A stretch of 20,000 nt of DNA from an uncultured virus (IMG/VR IMGVR_UViG_3300027772_001884) (Duplodnaviria; Heunggongvirae; Uroviricota; Caudoviricetes): the IMG/VR virus record IMGVR_UViG_3300027772_001884, one strand, 5' to 3'. Shown in pieces: positions 8,948 through 16,298 of this stretch. Within the stretch, counting starts at the first letter, position 1; the number at the start of each line of letters is the position of its first letter. Position numbers and translations under genes: made by a program. Under the pieces are notes generated by a model. That model was not told the DNA's origin. It saw only the letters and a list, made by a program, of their open reading frames with translations, and did not search any database.

Positions 8948-10348
8948 ATGGCATACTACGATTATTATCACTTAAATAAAATCGGCTTCGGTATGGCATG
9001 GCTGGACATAACTGATTATATCAAGGACTCTACTGCGCTTGCGCTGTCTAAAAACATAACGGAATACTGGGTTCAGGAAAATGAAAACTATTATCTTCCA
9101 ACAACGTGCAATAAAGATCCGGATGCTATTTTAAAATGGGCAGATGTTGCCGGATTAAAATATTTGATGATTGTAGCCATGGGCACTAATCTCAGCAAGA
9201 ATGATAATTTTTATCACGTACTTCCAAAGTTTCTAGAAAATAATCCCAACTTTGCAGTTGCAGGACATATATTAGACAAAGGCGATAAGTTCTACGAATT
9301 GCACCATCAATGTTTTATTATTAACATGGATTGGTGGCGGTCAAATGGTCAACCATTGATAGGCAAAGAAGAATTTAGCATCCCATGGTCCACGGTTAAA
9401 CCAATACGCAGTGAAGAAAATTGGCATGATGGATATACGCCACATTGGATCGCTCAGGGCAATGCCATTGAAAATTACGCAGGAAAACGATTTGGCTGGA
9501 ACATAATCGACACTGCATTAAAGTCTGGCAGCTCTGTAGTTAGTTTCAATGAGTCTATGAGAGAAAGTAAGTATTATATATATCCAGAAGTTGCCAAAGA
9601 CTTTCATTCCAAAATTTCAGACGTGTTAGAAAGTTTACAAGGCTATGGTCACTTTGCGGCAAATACAGAGTCGCCTCCGGAAAAATTATTAGACACAGAC
9701 ATGCAGGGAGTAATATGTACCGCAGGAGGTATAACTCCGTTGCTCATGGCATACACAGCTGGATTAAAACCCGGCGGCAAAGTCACAGTTTTTGATTTTA
9801 GTCCAGTTTCATTGGCAATACAACGACGACTTCGAGAAATCAACTGCAACTATTCAAATTTTAAAACAACTTTGTACAGCTTGTTTACAGAATTAGACCT
9901 GGTACCTATGATGAAAGCTGATCGCAATTTAGATAGAATGCAGGAAATTATAAATGAAATGATGCCACAGGGCTTAGAAGATTTCATTAAAAATGTATGG
10001 CCAAATTTAAATGTAATATTTGAGCCGTGTAATTTATTTAATGTTAATCAAGTAAAGAATGTACTTGTAAGTAAACATGTCGGTGAAAAAACATATGTAC
10101 ATTTAACAAATATATTGCACTATCAGAACACTGCATGGTTGTTCAGTGCAGTATCCAGGTATAGACTAGAACAAGATATTGTTGTTAAATTTTCTGATGC
10201 TGGCATGGATACGTTTCAATTGTATCAAAACAGGCCAGGAATCAAGTCAAGTTGGAGGAATGAAACTCCTAGACAAATACTTGACGATCCAGATCAATTC
10301 TTACACCGAGTTAAAACACTGGAGATATTACCATGGATAACGAAGTAA
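8948..10348 (+). CDS. Two-domain hypothetical protein with a class I SAM-binding-like C-terminal half
   Basis: Long ORF in the operon with AGGA upstream. VICTAGG...KVTVFDFSP resembles motif I plus the acidic beta-2 end of SAM-dependent transferases. The His-rich N-half (GHILD, YELHHQC, WHDGYTP) is unassigned. The gene is secure but the function is tentative. Confidence 0.55.
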   Translation: MAYYDYYHLNKIGFGMAWLDITDYIKDSTALALSKNITEYWVQENENYYLPTTCNKDPDAILKWADVAGLKYLMIVAMGTNLSKNDNFYHVLPKFLENNPNFAVAGHILDKGDKFYELHHQCFIINMDWWRSNGQPLIGKEEFSIPWSTVKPIRSEENWHDGYTPHWIAQGNAIENYAGKRFGWNIIDTALKSGSSVVSFNESMRESKYYIYPEVAKDFHSKISDVLESLQGYGHFAANTESPPEKLLDTDMQGVICTAGGITPLLMAYTAGLKPGGKVTVFDFSPVSLAIQRRLREINCNYSNFKTTLYSLFTELDLVPMMKADRNLDRMQEIINEMMPQGLEDFIKNVWPNLNVIFEPCNLFNVNQVKNVLVSKHVGEKTYVHLTNILHYQNTAWLFSAVSRYRLEQDIVVKFSDAGMDTFQLYQNRPGIKSSWRNETPRQILDDPDQFLHRVKTLEILPWITK

Positions 10349-11073
10349 CAGAATTTTTCGACGAGTGGAAATACTTTTCACACTATAGTTCATTAAATAC
10401 ACGCCCTAAAAAGTTTTCTAATTGGATATCAGATAGGCAGTTAATGAAAGATTACTTTGGCTGGATAGAAAAAGAAAGCAACTGCCCTAGTCTTAAGTTG
10501 GACTTGCCGTTGCCACAAAAAGAAATAGAAGCCGAAGCTTTATCTTTAATGGATGAGTTTGTAAAACACAGAGGCAACGAGCATCCTGGTTGGCATAGTC
10601 TTGTAATTCACGGCTATGACAAATATACCACCGATGACTGGCGCAGTAAAGCATATAACTTCACAGAACAACCAGTGTATACGTGGACTGATATTGCAGA
10701 CGTTTGTCCTGTAACTGTTGATTGGTTAAAAAATACATGGAATTTCAACCATTTTGATCGTGTTAGGTTTATGCTTTTATTGCCGGGTGGCTATATTAAA
10801 CCACATGCTGACTATGAAGTTCGTAAAATGGCAGCATACAATATTGCCATTAATAATCCAGACGGAGTTGAATTTGTCATGGAGGATGCTGGACTGATAC
10901 CGTGGTTACCAGGCGATGCAAGAGCAATAGACATAGGTAGACGTCACAGTGTTAGACACCTGGGATCAGAACCTAGAATTCATATGATTATACACGGCGC
11001 ACCAGGATCGAAACATGCAGAAGTCATGTGTAGAAGTTACGATTTATTATTAGAAGAATTAAATGCAAAGTAA
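10333..11073 (+). CDS. Aspartyl/asparaginyl beta-hydroxylase-like 2OG-Fe(II) oxygenase
   Basis: RVRFMLLLPGGYIKPHAD (HxD), HSVRH (distal His), EPRIHMII (2OG-binding Arg). GGAG at 10321-10324. Confidence 0.88.
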   Translation: MDNEVTEFFDEWKYFSHYSSLNTRPKKFSNWISDRQLMKDYFGWIEKESNCPSLKLDLPLPQKEIEAEALSLMDEFVKHRGNEHPGWHSLVIHGYDKYTTDDWRSKAYNFTEQPVYTWTDIADVCPVTVDWLKNTWNFNHFDRVRFMLLLPGGYIKPHADYEVRKMAAYNIAINNPDGVEFVMEDAGLIPWLPGDARAIDIGRRHSVRHLGSEPRIHMIIHGAPGSKHAEVMCRSYDLLLEELNAK

Positions 11074-12232
11074 AACATTCTGTATCCTACCATGGATGCA
11101 TTTAGCAACCAACGCCAGCGGCAACCTAAGAGTATGCTGTAATAGCACGCCTGGAAAAAACTTTATTTTACGCAATGGAACAAACAAAGCGTATAAGATC
11201 ACAGATCCTGACATGCAAGATTTCTGGCACAGTGACACTATGAAGAAAATTCGCAGTGAACTACTAACAGATCAAAGGCCTGCAATGTGCGAACGTTGCT
11301 TTAGAGAGGAAGACAGCGGTGTACGTAGTTCAAGATTAGCCTGGAATGAAAAGTATATGTTTGACTATGAACCTACTGCAACTCCTGAACTTACAGTACA
11401 ATATATTGATATACGCTTGGGCAACTTGTGCAATTTAAAATGCCGCATGTGTAATCCATATGCTAGTAATCAATGGGTAGACGAATGGCATCTAGTCGAA
11501 CAACAGTTAACCGACTCTGAAATCAAACGTCTCAGTAGCATGGATTGGCCCAATGACGACATAGTTGCAGTCAACTTGTTAAAGTTAGCAAATACCATTG
11601 AAGAGATTTATCTAACAGGTGGCGAGCCAACTTTGGCATTGAGTCAATATAAACTATTTGATAAGTTAATTGAATTAGATCTTGCTAAAAACATTACTTT
11701 AAAGTACAATACAAATTGTACTAATTTGCCCAAGAAACTAGTGAATTATTGGCAACATTTTAAGAAGATTAAAATCAATGCAAGCATAGATGCTCATGGT
11801 GATCTCAATAGATATATTAGATATCCCACAGGCTGGGCTTTAGTGGAAAAGAATCTTGCTACTTTTATTGAGATGAGTAAACAGGGCAAGATAGATCTTC
11901 AAGTTCATTGTACAGTACAGGTATACAATGTATTACAATTAGACAAGTTTTTTGATTATCTCACCGACTTGTCTATAACTGATATACACTTAAACATATT
12001 GGATCACCCTGATTATTTAAATGTACGCATCCTGCCCGAAAATTTAAAAAAGCTGGCAATACAACGACTGCAACCTTATTTGCATATTAAAAGGGTGACG
12101 TCATTAATAGATTACATGATGGCAGAAGACTGGAATAATAAATGGCCTGCTTTTGTCAAGTACACAACAACTTTAGATGCAAGTAGAGATGAAGCTATAT
12201 CCAAGCTAGTACCAGAACTAAATGATACCTGA
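11063..12232 (+). CDS. Radical SAM protein with N-terminal twitch/SPASM-like domain
   Basis: FCILPW...VCC...CERC, CNLKCRMC, GGEP, YNTN, YIRYP, LDxxR...VPEL. Confidence 0.93.
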   Translation: MQSKTFCILPWMHLATNASGNLRVCCNSTPGKNFILRNGTNKAYKITDPDMQDFWHSDTMKKIRSELLTDQRPAMCERCFREEDSGVRSSRLAWNEKYMFDYEPTATPELTVQYIDIRLGNLCNLKCRMCNPYASNQWVDEWHLVEQQLTDSEIKRLSSMDWPNDDIVAVNLLKLANTIEEIYLTGGEPTLALSQYKLFDKLIELDLAKNITLKYNTNCTNLPKKLVNYWQHFKKIKINASIDAHGDLNRYIRYPTGWALVEKNLATFIEMSKQGKIDLQVHCTVQVYNVLQLDKFFDYLTDLSITDIHLNILDHPDYLNVRILPENLKKLAIQRLQPYLHIKRVTSLIDYMMAEDWNNKWPAFVKYTTTLDASRDEAISKLVPELNDT

Positions 12233-13421
12233 TAAAGTTTGTTTAATTCCATTTGTAAGTATAGCTACACATCCTGCTGGTTTTATAAGTAGATGCATGA
12301 TGAGTTCAACGCCCATGGGACTAATGACAGACCAAAATGTCTGGGACAACGGAAAGTTTGTGCAATTACGCACAGACATGGTGGATGGAGTTTGGAATCT
12401 ACCAGGCTGTAATACCTGTCACGAGCGAGAGAAACAGGGCGTGGCGAGCCAGCGCCTTAATTGGAAAAATAATGAGCGTTGGTGGAATGGTGATATATGG
12501 GACAGTAAAGACTTTGAAAACAGCAAAACTGGAAATAACATATATCATTTGTTTTTAAACACCAGTAATTTGTGCAATTTTAAATGTAGAATGTGCAACA
12601 GCATGTTCAGCAACAGTTGGATCAATGACGATAAGTTGCTGAGAGACAATGGATTCCAGCGAGAAGAATATGTAGACTACACAAAGAATAGAAATGACTT
12701 AATGACATTTGTCACCAACTTATTGCCACAATTAACAGATCTTCGTATGATAACTGTAACAGGCGGAGAACCTTTTATTAACAATGATTTACTGGATGTA
12801 TTTGATGTTCTGGACAATTCGGGTATACTAAAGAATGTTAGACTGAGTATAACAACCAATGGTAGTTTGCTACGGGAAGAACATTTATTACGTTTACGCA
12901 AAGCAAAATCAGTTAATATTAATATCAGTGTAGATGGCACGGGCAAGTTATTCGAATATATGAGAGGCGGGGAACAATGCACTTGGGAAGAACTCACAGG
13001 TAAAATAGACATGTTATGTAAATTTAGAAACGAGTACAAGAACTTTTTATTCAGTCCCAATGCCAGCTATCAAATATACAATATGCTAAATGTAAAAGAG
13101 TTTTACGACTGGGCAGAACCTCTTATTAAACGACCCGTCGAGTGGATAGAATATAGATTACTTACACACCCACAATACTTGCATGTTGCCACAGCACCAG
13201 ATAGTATTAAACAAAAAGCTCTTGCACAAATAGAGTATGTAGAACAAAAATACGATACTGCTAATAAATTCTTTTTGGATAATATGAAAAAAAATCTTAC
13301 TATGACAAAAACAAGTGCAAATTGGCATGATTTTAAAAAGTTTACATCATTATTAGATAATAAACGCAATCAAAGTCTACGGGATGTCTGCCCGGAATTA
13401 TATGAAAACTTTACTGTTTGA
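12222..13421 (+). CDS. Radical SAM protein with N-terminal twitch/SPASM-like domain
   Basis: VCLIPF..RCM..CNTC, CNFKCRMC, GGEP, TTNG, SVDG, LDxKR...CPEL. Close paralogue of module 1 of 4063-6615. Confidence 0.92.
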   Translation: MIPDKVCLIPFVSIATHPAGFISRCMMSSTPMGLMTDQNVWDNGKFVQLRTDMVDGVWNLPGCNTCHEREKQGVASQRLNWKNNERWWNGDIWDSKDFENSKTGNNIYHLFLNTSNLCNFKCRMCNSMFSNSWINDDKLLRDNGFQREEYVDYTKNRNDLMTFVTNLLPQLTDLRMITVTGGEPFINNDLLDVFDVLDNSGILKNVRLSITTNGSLLREEHLLRLRKAKSVNINISVDGTGKLFEYMRGGEQCTWEELTGKIDMLCKFRNEYKNFLFSPNASYQIYNMLNVKEFYDWAEPLIKRPVEWIEYRLLTHPQYLHVATAPDSIKQKALAQIEYVEQKYDTANKFFLDNMKKNLTMTKTSANWHDFKKFTSLLDNKRNQSLRDVCPELYENFTV

Positions 13422-14358
13422 TAGGATACAGGCAGATCCTGATTGGGTAATCATTGATTGGACAATGACCAACGTATGTAACTATGCCTGTGAATATTGT
13501 CCCAGCATAATACATGATGGTAGTTTTGGTTGGCCCAGTTTAGACAGCATTGATTACACTACACGCGAGTTACAATCACACTATGGAAAAGGCCGGCGAC
13601 TCGAATATACATTACTGGGCGGCGAACTTGCTATATGGAAAAAACTACCCGAAGCCATAGATATAATTAAAAAGAATAGTCCAGATAGTAATATTAAATT
13701 TATTACCAATGGAGTAATGCCTGAAGACTATTGGCGTAGAATAGGCACACAAGTATCTTCGGTGGTGTTTAGTTATCATCCTACACAGGTCAAAAGCGTG
13801 GAGAAGTTTGTAGAAAGTATAAATGCTTTGGACAATGAATACAAGACTATATTGGTTCTTGCTTGGCCAGCAGTTTGGGATAAGGTACTCGAAGCTCGAG
13901 AGTACATATTAAACAATGTCAAAGAGTTTACCAGTTTGGAATTAAAATTAGTGGATAACAGATACGAAGCTGTTGCAGATAGCAAAGTATTATATACACA
14001 AGAACAAATGGACTATATACAAGCAAACAGAAAAGTAGCCAAGTCCAGAAAGAGTATATATAAGTCTAGTTTTACATATTTAAGGCAACAACGCTTACAA
14101 GAAGTCACAGGCCAGATACTTGTGGATGAACAAAACAAATTTAAAGATTGGAGCTGTGGTATAGGAGTTGATAAAATAACACTTGATGCCAATGGCACAA
14201 TACGCAGGGGCAGCGGATGTATGATAGGCACCGACGAAGATTTTGGTAATTGGAAAGAATCAAATATTATGAACTTACCTATTTCCGGAGTAATTTGTCC
14301 TTATAACACTTGTTGGTGTATGCCAGATTTGATGGCAACAAAAAATAAATATGTATAA
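13402..14358 (+). CDS. Radical SAM protein with C-terminal SPASM/twitch-like domain
   Basis: IDWTMTNVCNYACEYC, GGEL, ITNG, SYH, C-terminal WSCGIG..C..CPYNTCWC. Start is ATG 13402 (shorter overlap) or 13384. Confidence 0.9.
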   Translation: MKTLLFDRIQADPDWVIIDWTMTNVCNYACEYCPSIIHDGSFGWPSLDSIDYTTRELQSHYGKGRRLEYTLLGGELAIWKKLPEAIDIIKKNSPDSNIKFITNGVMPEDYWRRIGTQVSSVVFSYHPTQVKSVEKFVESINALDNEYKTILVLAWPAVWDKVLEAREYILNNVKEFTSLELKLVDNRYEAVADSKVLYTQEQMDYIQANRKVAKSRKSIYKSSFTYLRQQRLQEVTGQILVDEQNKFKDWSCGIGVDKITLDANGTIRRGSGCMIGTDEDFGNWKESNIMNLPISGVICPYNTCWCMPDLMATKNKYV

Positions 14359-14588
14359 TGAATATACAAGATCTTCCATTACGCAAATTACAATTAGAAG
14401 CGGCTCGCATTATAAGTACAATGCCAGCAACCAACGACAATATCTATATTTTTAACAAAGAAAGTAGACATAACAGTCAAGGTTGGTATATCGCAGCCAT
14501 AGAATGGTATGTCAAGCAATACGGCGGCATGCCCAGCGACGTTGGCCCGGGCAAGGACGTAAAATTTATCTACGAACAAAATGAGTGA
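14358..14588 (+). CDS. Small hypothetical protein (76 aa)
   Basis: Exactly fills the gap between two radical SAM genes, with a TAATG overlap at its start and an 8-nt overlap at its end. No Cys and no recognised motif. Confidence 0.8.
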   Translation: MNIQDLPLRKLQLEAARIISTMPATNDNIYIFNKESRHNSQGWYIAAIEWYVKQYGGMPSDVGPGKDVKFIYEQNE

Positions 14589-15747
14589 TTTAAAAACCAG
14601 TGATTATGACTTTACTAAGATTCCGTTTAAGGATCTAGTTAGAGTCGGACAAAGGACAATGCTATACCGCGATATGTTTACCGTATCGTGGCTATTGGGA
14701 CGTTATTGTAACTATCGTTGTAGTTATTGCTGGCCCTATGCCCGCAGTGATACCAAGGACCATCGTCCAACTCCGTTGATGTTACATACTGTGGATGAGA
14801 TCAAACGTCAATCGAGGGAAAACGGATTTAATAGTTTCCACTTTAGTCTAAGTGGTGGCGAACCAACATTCCATCCTGCTTACATTGATATCCTTAATCA
14901 CTTAAACAATGATGCGGCTAATACAAACTATACCAGTGTACATATGACATCGAACATGAGCCGGCCTCTTAAATGGTTTGAAGAAAAGTATGTGCCAGCC
15001 GTTAAGAATTTTCACCGTGCTAGTATCACAGCAAGTTGCCATCGCGAACATGTGGACACTGATAAAAAGGTAGAAGAGTTTGCCGACAAGTTGGTGTTAT
15101 GCCAAGAGTATGACACACAGATAACTATTAACATGGTCATGGTTCCGGAGCAGTTCAATGAGATATATGATCTAAGTTTGTATTTTCATAATAGAGGTAT
15201 TAACGTTACGCTCAAGCCGCAAAGCGATCCTACAGCAAGTAGAGTAGTAGACGGTTATACACCCGAGATGTTGGCCAAGTTACACAATGGTATGCCGCAA
15301 CGTGCTTACACAGAAGAAAAAGCATTGGCAGCAGGTCTTGTTCAACGTCCAAAACCTACTTTTATAATTGATAAAGCTGATCCTAGTCGTAAAAAACAAG
15401 TTGACATCGATCCGCATTATCAAATTGAGTTTGTTGATAAAGAAGGAAATCCATGGTTCATGGATCAGGCAGAACGTTTTAACGCATTCAACTTTAACAA
15501 CTTCAATGGTTGGGAGTGTAGTAGTGGCTATCGAAGTATTATTATCCGTGAACCAGATGGCACAGTAAAACGTAGTTACAGTTGCAGTGAAGTTCCATTA
15601 GGACACATCGAAACCGGCTTCAAGTTATACGATAAACCAATGCCCTGTGGGGGAACAAGTTGTGTGAGCAGTGCCGACAGTAAGATTCCAAAACGTGCGC
15701 CAGGCACTAAACTGCCTTTATTCCCAGGAGATACAACATTCTTATGA
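14581..15747 (+). CDS. Radical SAM protein with C-terminal SPASM/twitch-like domain
   Basis: VSWLLGRYCNYRCSYC, SGGEP, MTSN, C-terminal WECSSG..YSC..PCGGTSCVSSAD. Confidence 0.92.
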   Translation: MSDLKTSDYDFTKIPFKDLVRVGQRTMLYRDMFTVSWLLGRYCNYRCSYCWPYARSDTKDHRPTPLMLHTVDEIKRQSRENGFNSFHFSLSGGEPTFHPAYIDILNHLNNDAANTNYTSVHMTSNMSRPLKWFEEKYVPAVKNFHRASITASCHREHVDTDKKVEEFADKLVLCQEYDTQITINMVMVPEQFNEIYDLSLYFHNRGINVTLKPQSDPTASRVVDGYTPEMLAKLHNGMPQRAYTEEKALAAGLVQRPKPTFIIDKADPSRKKQVDIDPHYQIEFVDKEGNPWFMDQAERFNAFNFNNFNGWECSSGYRSIIIREPDGTVKRSYSCSEVPLGHIETGFKLYDKPMPCGGTSCVSSADSKIPKRAPGTKLPLFPGDTTFL

Positions 15748-16298
15748 AAATATTAATATCAGGTAATCCAGATTTTGGTCTAGCAGAGGCACTAAATTTA
15801 GAGTTAACACAACATGAATTAACATTTGTAAGTAGAACAACTCATAATTTAGATTTAACCAAAGCAGAGAATCAACAAGTATTTGCCGAGATGAGTGTTG
15901 ATTATGATGCAGTAATTATTAATAGTGCATTATGGAAGTTTAATCAAGTTTTGTTACTCGAAGCGGTATACAAGAAACTTAAACTAGCAGGCAAACAAAC
16001 TTTGATTATTTGTATAGGTAGTACCACTGACAGAGTGATGAAAGCCACAGATTGGCTTTATAATGCTGAAAAGAAAGCATTACGAGATTACGCTAATAGT
16101 CTAGGCATGTCTGGAGTATGGGCAAAGAACCCCAGAGTCACATTGATTAGTTTTGGTAGTTTAAGTAATGTACAAGCAAAACACCCTGATAGGAAAACAA
16201 TTCCTATCAGGAGTGCGGCTAGTTACATTAAATGGATTTTAGAACAACCCGGTGAGTTTCATATAAATGAAATCAGCATTGATCCTTTACAGGCCTAA
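15744..16298 (+). CDS. Short SDR-family NAD(P)-dependent oxidoreductase
   Basis: ILISGNPDFGLA nucleotide-binding loop, INSA (NNAG-like), IGS catalytic Ser, YNAEK (YxxxK). AGGAG at 15726-15730 and an ATGA overlap. Confidence 0.82.
   Translation: MKILISGNPDFGLAEALNLELTQHELTFVSRTTHNLDLTKAENQQVFAEMSVDYDAVIINSALWKFNQVLLLEAVYKKLKLAGKQTLIICIGSTTDRVMKATDWLYNAEKKALRDYANSLGMSGVWAKNPRVTLISFGSLSNVQAKHPDRKTIPIRSAASYIKWILEQPGEFHINEISIDPLQA

Noticed and set aside
66..14579. Minus-strand ORFs under the + operon (e.g. 66-434, 2804-3313, 12677-13060, 14394-14579) and nested + ORF 12337-12558
   Set aside because: They lie fully within motif-bearing genes and show no recognisable domains, so they are treated as shadow ORFs.
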